Below, piece after piece: positions 1 to 6,990 of a stretch of 10,193 nucleotides of DNA. Source of the DNA: Abditibacteriaceae bacterium (GTDB taxonomy: Bacteria > Armatimonadota > Abditibacteriia > Abditibacteriales > Abditibacteriaceae); NCBI GenBank assembly GCA_031372065.1, contig JANMKN010000055.1, positions 1-10,193 on the forward strand. The letters run 5' to 3'. Made by a program: the position numbers and the translations under genes. The notes under the pieces were generated by a model, which saw only the letters and a list, made by a program, of their open reading frames with translations, had not been told where the DNA came from and ran no database searches. How positions within the stretch are numbered: position 1 is the first letter of the stretch; every line of letters starts with the position of its first letter.

Positions 1-831
1 ACGCTCGGCTTCGGCGAAATTATTCGCGTTTTGTGGACAACCGTCAATCGCATTCAACTTCCGGCGCCGTTCGATGGCTTAAATCATATTTTAGGCAGCG
101 TCGAACTCGGCGCAGCGCGCGGCTTCACGGATATTCCGCTCTGGACAAATTTCGCGTGGACTTTTGGTTTAGCTATTTTATGCATTCTGACGATGCGAAA
201 CTTAGCCGAATCGTCGTTGGGCCGCTCCATGCGCGCCGTGCGCGAAGACGAAGTTGCCGCCGAAGCGGTTGGAGTCAACACCACGCAAATTAAAGTGCTG
301 GCCTTCGTAATTTCCTCGATGTGGGCTGGCGTGGCTGGGGCACTCGGCGTGCATTTAATTCAATACGCCAATCCCAACACTTTCAATTTCATGAAAAGCG
401 TGGAAGTCGTTGTCATGGTGGTTTTGGGCGGCTTAGGTTCCATTACCGGCGCGGCTCTTACAGCGGTTCTGCTGAAAATTCTCGAAGAAGTTTTGCGTTC
501 GGTCAACGGCGCTTTTTTCACCGGTCTTGGTTTATTTGCTTTAGCGATTTACTGGTCGTTGCCGCGCCATCGTGCGATGCTTCAAAAAAAGAAAAGCAAG
601 GGTTTGATGGAATGGTTGAGCGGGCCAACTTTTGCGATAGGCCTCTGGCTTTATCTTTATTTTGGGCAAAGAGAGTGGCTTGAAGCCAATGTTTCGCCGC
701 TACGTTTTGTTATTTACGGTTTAATCCTCGTGGTTTTGATGTTGTTGCGCCCGCAGGGTTTGATGGGCCGCGCAGAAATCGGCTGGCACCTCTTGCGCCG
801 ACATCCTAATCCGGTTCAAAATGAATCGTGA
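1..831 (+). CDS. livM: Branched-chain amino acid ABC transporter permease, LivM type (5'-truncated by window edge)
   Basis: Frame is open from base 1 (TLGFGEIIRVLW...), the conserved LivM 'TLGFGEI' motif. Also SSLGRSMRAVREDEVAAEAVGVN (EAA-like loop), MVVLGGLGSITGA and the C-terminal LMLLRPQGL. The TTG at 31 is not the true start. Confidence 0.9.
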   Translation, partial: TLGFGEIIRVLWTTVNRIQLPAPFDGLNHILGSVELGAARGFTDIPLWTNFAWTFGLAILCILTMRNLAESSLGRSMRAVREDEVAAEAVGVNTTQIKVLAFVISSMWAGVAGALGVHLIQYANPNTFNFMKSVEVVVMVVLGGLGSITGAALTAVLLKILEEVLRSVNGAFFTGLGLFALAIYWSLPRHRAMLQKKKSKGLMEWLSGPTFAIGLWLYLYFGQREWLEANVSPLRFVIYGLILVVLMLLRPQGLMGRAEIGWHLLRRHPNPVQNES

Positions 832-851
832 ATCCTGCCGAATGCAGAAAC

Positions 852-866
852 AAGGAGTTTTTTATG
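852..866 (+). promoter_or_regulatory. Orphan Shine-Dalgarno (AAGGAG) plus ATG with only a 9-codon ORF behind it
   Basis: caAGGAGttttttATG: AAGGAG at 852-857, ATG at 864. The ORF MRRSLCVFT* ends at TGA 891-893. Confidence 0.5.
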
Positions 867-915
867 CGACGCTCGCTGTGTGTTTTTACCTGACAATGGC
901 CTTCGCTGCGCTGGC

Positions 916-1236
916 TCAATGCCAAACAAAATCTGCAATAGCGTCCAAAGGCTGGAACGCTGTCGGATGAACAGAAAACGATGCTGGATGAGCAGAAATT
1001 GATGTCGGATGCTTAGAAAACGTGTCTGGACACGTAGAAAACGATGCTGGACACGTAGAAAACGCTGTCGGATGAACAGAAATTGATGCCGGACGCGCAG
1101 AAAACGCGTCTCGCCACGCAGAAAACGATGCCGGACGCATAGAAAACGCTGTCGGATAACTGGAAAACGATGCTGGACGCCCGGAAATTGATGTCGGATG
1201 AGCAGAAAACGATGCCGGACGTTGTGAATGAGACAT
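916..1236 (-). CDS. Possible heptapeptide-repeat small protein (S-x-[HRC]-P-[AT]-[SA]-[FI])n, 106 aa; may not be translated
   Basis: ATG at 1236-1234 gives MSHSQRPASFSAHPTSISGRPASFS...FQPLDAIADFVWH*, open across the whole array. No SD seen, and it is antisense to both flanking genes. Confidence 0.25.
   Translation of the reverse strand: MSHSQRPASFSAHPTSISGRPASFSSYPTAFSMRPASFSAWRDAFSARPASISVHPTAFSTCPASFSTCPDTFSKHPTSISAHPASFSVHPTAFQPLDAIADFVWH
953..1225. repeat. Tandem array of 13 degenerate 21-bp units, consensus approx. GAAAACGATGYYGGAYRMRYA
   Basis: Units start at 953, 974, 995, 1016, 1037, 1058, 1079, 1100, 1121, 1142, 1163, 1184 and 1205, all exactly 21 bp. Examples: gaaaacgatgctggatgagca, gaaattgatgtcggatgctta, gaaaacgctgtcggatgaaca, gaaaacgatgccggacgcata. 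Confidence 0.97.
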
Positions 1237-1261
1237 AATGAAACATACGCTAAGGAGAACT

Positions 1262-2287
1262 GTGAAATTACACACTGTCCGTCTTGCTGCCGCTGTTTTT
1301 ACAGCGTCGTTTTTGGCCGGTTGCCCCGCGCCACAGGAAAATAAAAACAGCGGCAATGAAACCGCAGCGTCCACCAGCGCCCCGGCAAAGGATGCGTTGA
1401 AAGTGGCGCTTCTCACTCCCGGTGATGTGAACGATGCTGGTTGGAACCAACTCGGCTACGAAGGTTTGCAAGCCGTCGAGAAAGAATTGGGAGCAAAAAC
1501 CTCGCATCAGGTGACCAAAAGCCGCGAGGATTACAAACCTGCGTTCAACGATTTCGGCGATCAAAAATTCAACGCTGTATTTTGCTACGGTTTTGAATAC
1601 GGCAAAGACACCGCCGACCTCGCGCCGCAGTTCCCCGACACAAAATTTGTGGTCGTCAGTGGCGACGTAAAAAAAGAACCAAACGTCGCCAGTTTGGTAA
1701 TTCACCTCGAAGATGCGACCTATTTGCTGGGTATGGCGGCGGGTGGCATGACCAAAACCAATGTCATCGCGTGCATGGGCGGACAAAAAATTCCGCCCGT
1801 TATAAATGCATTTACGGCCTTCGAAAAGGGCGCCAAAGCCGTAAATCCCAAGGTTGTTGTCAAGACCGCTTATGTTGGTTCGTGGGAAGACCAAAACAAA
1901 GGCAAAGAGCAAGCCAACACGCTGATCGCGCAAAAGGCCGATTTCATTATTCATAACGCCGACCAAGCTGGCAAAGGAATGTTTGATGCCGCCAAATCTG
2001 CGAAAAATGTCATGGTTTTCGGCACCAATCGCGATCAAAACGATGTCGCGCCCGATTTGTGTCTCGGCTCCGCCGTTATCGAAATGCCACACGCGTTTAA
2101 AGAAGTCGTGAAAAGCATTCAAGACAAATCATTCAAACCTGAACTTCATGACCTCACACTGGCGAACAGCAACATCAACGTGCATTGGAATCCCAAATTG
2201 AAGTCAAAAATTCCAGCCGATTTAATGAAGAAAATCGAAGCGGCGCAAGCGCAAATCAAAGCCGGAAAACTAAAAACCGGTTCTTGA
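1262..2287 (+). CDS. BMP family ABC transporter substrate-binding lipoprotein (NupN/PnrA-like, probably nucleoside-binding)
   Basis: TAAGGAG at 1251-1257 precedes GTG 1262. Signal peptide II MKLHTVRLAAAVFTASFLAG|C (lipobox, Cys codon 1322-1324). Bmp motifs PGDVNDAGWNQ, YLLGMAAG, AFEKGAKAVNP, YVGSWEDQNKGKE. Alternative ATG at 1238. Confidence 0.92.
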   Translation: MKLHTVRLAAAVFTASFLAGCPAPQENKNSGNETAASTSAPAKDALKVALLTPGDVNDAGWNQLGYEGLQAVEKELGAKTSHQVTKSREDYKPAFNDFGDQKFNAVFCYGFEYGKDTADLAPQFPDTKFVVVSGDVKKEPNVASLVIHLEDATYLLGMAAGGMTKTNVIACMGGQKIPPVINAFTAFEKGAKAVNPKVVVKTAYVGSWEDQNKGKEQANTLIAQKADFIIHNADQAGKGMFDAAKSAKNVMVFGTNRDQNDVAPDLCLGSAVIEMPHAFKEVVKSIQDKSFKPELHDLTLANSNINVHWNPKLKSKIPADLMKKIEAAQAQIKAGKLKTGS

Positions 2288-2306
2288 TTTTCCGACGTGG
2301 TTTTTC

Positions 2307-3800
2307 ATGCTGCAAATTCAATCTTTGAGCAAAAATTTCGGCGCGTTTCAAGCGTTAGATGAGGTTGATTTTTCTGTTCGTCCCGGCGAAATTGTTGGTT
2401 TGCTCGGCGAAAACGGCGCGGGGAAAAGCACCCTGCTGAAAATTGTCGGAGGCGAAATCGCGCCGACGGCGGGCCAAGTATCTTTAGACAATTCGCTGCT
2501 AAAATTGCGCTCGCCTCGTGAGGCCACGCGCCTTGGCATTGGTGTGGTGCATCAACATTTTATGCTGGTGCCGGTCTTCACAGTTGCTGAAAATATCGCG
2601 CTAAACGCTCTGCAAGGCGCGGTTTACCATCCCCTTTTCTGGGAACAGCAAATCGAAAAATGGGCTGCTTCGCTGGGCTGGAAAGTCAACCCAAAAGCGC
2701 GCGTGGCTGATTTATCTGTCGGCGAGCAGCAACGCATTGAGATTTTAAAAGCCCTTTATGCGGGTGGCAAAACAGCCAAATTGCTTTTACTTGATGAGCC
2801 AACAGCTAACCTCACTCCGCAAGAAGTTGCCGAATTAATCGCCGTTTTGCGCCGTTTACGCGACCAAAATTGTGCCTTAGTATTCGTTTCACACAAATTG
2901 CATGAAGTTATGGCATTGTGTGATCGCGTCGTGGTTTTGCGGCACGGCAAAGTGACAGGCGAAAAGGCAACGAACCAAACTTCCACGTCTGAATTAGCGA
3001 CTCTGATGGTGGGCCGCACCGTTGTCGAAAATGAAGCACGCACAACGCCATCGCCGCGCATCGGCACACGCCAATTCAAGATTCAAAATCTATCCTGCGG
3101 CCAAATCAAAGAGTTCAACCTCACCGTTTCTGGTGGTGAAATTGTCGGTCTTGCCGGCGTGGATGGCAACGGACAAAAAGAATTAGTGGAAGCATTAGCG
3201 GGCTTAAATACTACGGTTCAAGGCCAGTTTTCTGTCGAAGAAAACGGTGAAACTTGCGACGGTGTATTGGGGTTCATTCCTGCGGATCGCCAAAGCACAG
3301 GATTAATTTTAGATTTCGATCTCGCCGAAAATTTCGCCCTGCATCCGCAGCCGCGCGCGAGTTTTCGCAAGAAGTTTGGCTTTGACTGGACGGGCTTACG
3401 CACTCTGGCCCGCGATTTAATGGCTCGTTTCGATGTGCGTTCGCCAGCCTCCCAAGAAAAAACTTTGGCGCGCCGTTTATCGGGCGGCAATCAGCAGAAA
3501 ATGGTGATTGCCCGCGCGCTTTCTTTCCATCCAAGCGCTGTTGTCGCCGTTGATCCGGCGCGCGGTTTAGATATCGGTGCCGGGCAATTCGTCCATGAAA
3601 GTTTGCGCCGCGTTGCCGACGAAGGCACGCCGGTGCTTATCATTTCTACAGACCTCGACGAGATTCTGCATCTCAGTGACAGGATTGGTGTGCTGTATGA
3701 AGGACATTTATTGCCCGCTAAAAAATTACTTCCAGCAGGAACATCACGCGAACGCATCGGCGCGTTGATGGGTGGCAGCGAGATTGAAATTGAACGTTAA
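2307..3800 (+). CDS. ABC transporter ATP-binding protein with two fused ABC domains (CUT2 / NupO-YufO type)
   Basis: Walker A GENGAGKST, GIGVVHQHFMLVP, signature LSVGEQQ, Walker B LLLLDEPT, H-loop VSHKL. Second domain has degenerate Walker A GVDGNGQ, signature LSGGNQQK and PARGLD. Confidence 0.95.
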   Translation: MLQIQSLSKNFGAFQALDEVDFSVRPGEIVGLLGENGAGKSTLLKIVGGEIAPTAGQVSLDNSLLKLRSPREATRLGIGVVHQHFMLVPVFTVAENIALNALQGAVYHPLFWEQQIEKWAASLGWKVNPKARVADLSVGEQQRIEILKALYAGGKTAKLLLLDEPTANLTPQEVAELIAVLRRLRDQNCALVFVSHKLHEVMALCDRVVVLRHGKVTGEKATNQTSTSELATLMVGRTVVENEARTTPSPRIGTRQFKIQNLSCGQIKEFNLTVSGGEIVGLAGVDGNGQKELVEALAGLNTTVQGQFSVEENGETCDGVLGFIPADRQSTGLILDFDLAENFALHPQPRASFRKKFGFDWTGLRTLARDLMARFDVRSPASQEKTLARRLSGGNQQKMVIARALSFHPSAVVAVDPARGLDIGAGQFVHESLRRVADEGTPVLIISTDLDEILHLSDRIGVLYEGHLLPAKKLLPAGTSRERIGALMGGSEIEIER

Positions 3801-5161
3801 ATTTTGTCTTTTACTTCTTCCGGCTGCAATTCATCAAGACGCCCCAAATGTAATAATTCCGGCCATTTTAACGCAGAAGCCCAAACTACCAAAACCGTGC
3901 CGATGCCGCCTGCCACAACCGAAATAACCGGACTAAAAAAGCGCGCCACCATGCCCGACTCGAAGCCGCCTAATTCGTTGGACGCGCTAATAAAAACACT
4001 GTTGACTGCCGACACGCGCCCACGCATCGAATCGGGCGTCAGCAACTGCACCAAAGTGTGTCGCACCACAACGCTGATGTTATCGAAAGCGCCCGTCAAA
4101 GCCAGAGCCGCGAAACTAAGCCAATAAGTTTTTGAAAAGCCGAAAATGACGGTTGCCACGCCGAAACCCGTCACCGCCCACAATAAAGCGCGGCCCGGAC
4201 GACGCATCGGCGGAAAATAAGCCAGTCCCAAAGCCATCACCAAGGCTCCCACGGCTGGTGCCGCGCGTAGCCAGCCCAATTTTGTGGCGTCAACGAACAA
4301 AATGTGTTCGGTGTAAACCGGCAATAAAACCATTGCCCCGCCCAGCAAAACGGCGAATAAATCTAAAGTTAAAGTCGCCAACATCAAGCGGGTGCCAAAG
4401 ACAAAACGCACGCCAGCGTGAATGCCTTCCCAGGAAAAAGTTTCTTTGCTTCTTTCTTGGGGGCGTGGTTTCGTAAAAAATAGGCACAACCAAAAAAATG
4501 CCAAAAACACCGCTTCCAACGCATAAATTAGCCCCGGCTTTTCAAGCACATAAAGTATGGGGCCGAACAATGCAGGCCCGGCGACCGACGCAATCTGCCA
4601 TCGCGTGCTATTCCAAGTAACAGCGTTCGCTAAGTCTTGATTAGGCACCAATTGAGGCAAAAGCGCACTTTGTGCGGGTCGCATCATAGCGTGGCAAAAG
4701 GAAATGGCAAACAAGCACCAAAAAAGTTGTGAAGTTGGCGCCTGCTGCAAAGATAACGTCGCCAAAAGCCACGACAGCGGCACGGACAAAGCAATTCCCC
4801 ATAACGCGATGCGGCGGCGATCAACAATATCTGCCAATTGGCCTGCGGGCAAAACCAGCATTATAACCGGCAAGCCTTGAACCAACGAGGCCAATCCAAC
4901 TTGCAACGACGCTGTTTTCGCGTCATGTCCAGCGCGCTTGGTAATCTCATAACCGATGGTAGTCAATTGCAATTGACCACCTAAAGCAGCCAAGAAACCG
5001 CCCAACGCATAAAGGCGATAATTCGGATGACGCCAAGCAGCATAAGGGTCGTGTGCGCGCGGCGAAAGGGGAGTTTCTGTAGCCAATTCGTTTTCGGTTG
5101 GCGCTGCCGTGGAAGCCCGTTCGGGATCAGGATTTTCGTAGCCGGGAATATCAGAGGACAA
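3797..5161 (-). CDS. MFS transporter, DHA3/MFS_3-like (EntS/MefA-related efflux)
   Basis: Multiple hydrophobic helices, motif A-like GQLADIVDRRRI, PAQSALLPQLVP, and TLVQLLTPDSMRGRVSAV. The TTG start at 5161 is uncertain. Confidence 0.9.
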   Translation of the reverse strand: MSSDIPGYENPDPERASTAAPTENELATETPLSPRAHDPYAAWRHPNYRLYALGGFLAALGGQLQLTTIGYEITKRAGHDAKTASLQVGLASLVQGLPVIMLVLPAGQLADIVDRRRIALWGIALSVPLSWLLATLSLQQAPTSQLFWCLFAISFCHAMMRPAQSALLPQLVPNQDLANAVTWNSTRWQIASVAGPALFGPILYVLEKPGLIYALEAVFLAFFWLCLFFTKPRPQERSKETFSWEGIHAGVRFVFGTRLMLATLTLDLFAVLLGGAMVLLPVYTEHILFVDATKLGWLRAAPAVGALVMALGLAYFPPMRRPGRALLWAVTGFGVATVIFGFSKTYWLSFAALALTGAFDNISVVVRHTLVQLLTPDSMRGRVSAVNSVFISASNELGGFESGMVARFFSPVISVVAGGIGTVLVVWASALKWPELLHLGRLDELQPEEVKDKI

Positions 5162-5313
5162 AACGTTTACAGTAAAAGCGCGCCGTCCGACTTTGGCAAG
5201 GCCCCAAACGGCATAACTGAACGACAGTCCACAAGACGAAATTGGTCAAAACAAACTTACGCAACAGCGAAAGATTTGGTGAATCTAAAAGCACTCATTT
5301 TCAAAGGAAAAGC

Positions 5314-6252
5314 ATGAAACAATTCAATTTATTATTGCTTGCAGCGGCACTCTGCCCTGCTCTGCTGCACGCCGATGACACGGTCACGCATCGCGTTTTA
5401 GTCGCCGACAAAGGCAAAGTCGCCATTGTCAACCAAAAGGGCGAAATCGAATGGCAAGTCGAAAATCGGTATACCTGCCATGACCTTGCGATGCTGCCCA
5501 ACGGCAACATTTTGATGCCGGTCAGTGACAACAAAATCGTTGAAATGGCGCCCGACAAAACCATCGTTTGGACGCACGAATCAAAACCCAAACCACCTTA
5601 CACCGGCAAAGTCGAGATTCACGGATTCCAACGTTTGGACGATGGCAACACCATGATTGCCGAAACCGGCAACTTGCGCATCATAGAGGTGGACAAAGAC
5701 GACAAAATCGTCAAAGAAGTGCCTATCACGGTTGATCAACCCAATTCGCACCGCGACACACGCCGCGTGCGCAAATTGGACAACGGACACTACCTCGCCT
5801 GTCACGAAGGCGACGGCACCGTGCGCGAATATGACGAAACAGGCAAAGTGGTGTGGAGTTACAAACTGGATTTAGCGGGCCGCGAACGCACGCCCACACA
5901 CCAAGGACATGGCACCGAAGTTTTTAACGCCATCCGTCTATCCAACGGCAACACTATGATCGGCGGCGGCAATAACAACCGCGTTATTGAAGTCAATCCC
6001 GCAGGTGAAATTGTGTGGAGCATTGACAACAAGGAACTGCCCGGCATTCAACTTTTCTGGGTGACAGGCATTCAACCGTTGCCCAACGGCAATCTCATCG
6101 TGGGCAACACGCACGCTGGGCCGGAAAATCCGCAAATTTTTGAAGTGACACGCGACAAAAAAGTCGTCTGGCAATTCAAAGACTGGAACAATTTCGGCAA
6201 CGATTTATGCGCCCAACAAGTGCTGGACGTGCCCGGAAAGCCACTTCGTTAA
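5314..6252 (+). CDS. Secreted beta-propeller repeat protein (PQQ-like / arylsulfotransferase-like fold), function unknown
   Basis: AAAGGAAA SD before ATG 5314. Signal peptide MKQFNLLLLAAALCPALLHA|DD. Repeated blades LPNGNILM, LDDGNTMI, LDNGHYLA, LSNGNTMI, LPNGNLIV, each followed by an E-x-x-x-x-[GDK]-x-[IV]-V-W-like segment. Confidence 0.8.
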   Translation: MKQFNLLLLAAALCPALLHADDTVTHRVLVADKGKVAIVNQKGEIEWQVENRYTCHDLAMLPNGNILMPVSDNKIVEMAPDKTIVWTHESKPKPPYTGKVEIHGFQRLDDGNTMIAETGNLRIIEVDKDDKIVKEVPITVDQPNSHRDTRRVRKLDNGHYLACHEGDGTVREYDETGKVVWSYKLDLAGRERTPTHQGHGTEVFNAIRLSNGNTMIGGGNNNRVIEVNPAGEIVWSIDNKELPGIQLFWVTGIQPLPNGNLIVGNTHAGPENPQIFEVTRDKKVVWQFKDWNNFGNDLCAQQVLDVPGKPLR

Positions 6253-6262
6253 TTTATTTTCA

Positions 6263-6301
6263 AAAAAACAGCGCCTTGTTCTGCTCAGGGCGCTGTTTTT
6301 T
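6263..6301 (+). terminator. Rho-independent terminator, probably bidirectional
   Basis: AAAAAACAGCGCCTTG-ttctgct-CAGGGCGCTGTTTTTT: GC-rich stem with one G-U pair, flanked by A and T runs, 10 bp after the 6252 stop. Confidence 0.92.
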
Positions 6302-6417
6302 GGCTATTTAACCTGATTTTTCGAAACGTTTTGTGTAAGGTAAAACTGTTTGATGTGTTTACAAGCGATGGCAAGGTTAATCCACGAAGTTCACTTTTTG
6401 CTTAACTATCAAGCGAC

Positions 6418-6987
6418 ATGATTTTGATGATAGATAACTTCGATTCCTTCACTTACAATCTCGTGCAGTATTTGGGCGAGATGGGCGAAGAACTCGTCGT
6501 CAAGCGCAATGACGAAATTTCGCTTGATGAAATTGCCGATTTAAAACCCGATAAAATTATTATTTCGCCGGGGCCGTGTTCGCCTAACGAAGCAGGTATT
6601 TCAGTAGCGACGGTTCAGCGTTTCGCAGGTAAAATTCCCCTTTTGGGCGTTTGTTTGGGCCATCAGTCCATCGGACAAGCCTTTGGTGGCCATATTATTC
6701 GCGCTTCGCGGTTGATGCATGGCAAAACCTCGCCTGTTTTGCACGATGGGAAGGGCGTTTTTTCGGGTTTGCCATCGCCGTTTGAAGCCACTCGCTATCA
6801 TTCGCTGCTGATTGAGCGCGAAACCTGCCCCGATTGCCTCGAAATTTCCGCCGAAACGGCTGAAGGCGAAATTATGGGTGTGCGCCACAAAGATTTGCCG
6901 CTCGAAGGCGTGCAATTTCATCCCGAAAGCATCTTAACCGGCGAAAACGGCAAGCAACTGCTGCGGAATTTTGTAGAAAAGTTTTAA
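6418..6987 (+). CDS. trpG: Anthranilate/aminodeoxychorismate synthase component II (class I glutamine amidotransferase)
   Basis: [29 protein letters not shown] (catalytic Cys), GVQFHPES (His-Glu). First gene of the trp cluster. Confidence 0.95.
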   Translation: MILMIDNFDSFTYNLVQYLGEMGEELVVKRNDEISLDEIADLKPDKIIISPGPCSPNEAGISVATVQRFAGKIPLLGVCLGHQSIGQAFGGHIIRASRLMHGKTSPVLHDGKGVFSGLPSPFEATRYHSLLIERETCPDCLEISAETAEGEIMGVRHKDLPLEGVQFHPESILTGENGKQLLRNFVEKF

Positions 6988-6990
6988 ATC

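Noticed and set aside
941..947. GCGTCCA as an anti-repeat (tracr-like) to TGGACGC in array unit 11
   Set aside because: Only 6-7 nt of complementarity, which is expected by chance.
953..1225. CRISPR array or TIGR-type guide array
   Set aside because: Units are contiguous 21-mers with no unique spacers. Variable columns are related alleles rather than foreign sequence. The period is too short, and no cas/tas gene is in the window.
1238..1261. ATG 1238 as lipoprotein start
   Set aside because: It has no SD. TAAGGAG lies inside this segment before GTG 1262, which gives a normal-length signal peptide.
1268..2122. 284-aa antisense ORF and other shadow ORFs inside the main genes
   Set aside because: They fully overlap well-supported genes, have no recognisable motifs, and are expected from codon bias.
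3133..3580. Degenerate Walker A/B in the second ABC domain as a sign of pseudogenisation
   Set aside because: This is normal for CUT2/NupO-type fused ATPases.
5204..5247. Hammerhead-ribozyme-like string CTGA...GTC-CACAA-GAC-GAAA-TTGG
   Set aside because: The core is CTGAACGACA rather than CUGANGA abutting stem II, and no properly placed NUH or stem I was found. An Infernal/Rfam scan would settle it.
5242..5313. N-terminal extension of the beta-propeller ORF from TTG 5242
   Set aside because: The SD and signal peptide point to ATG 5314.
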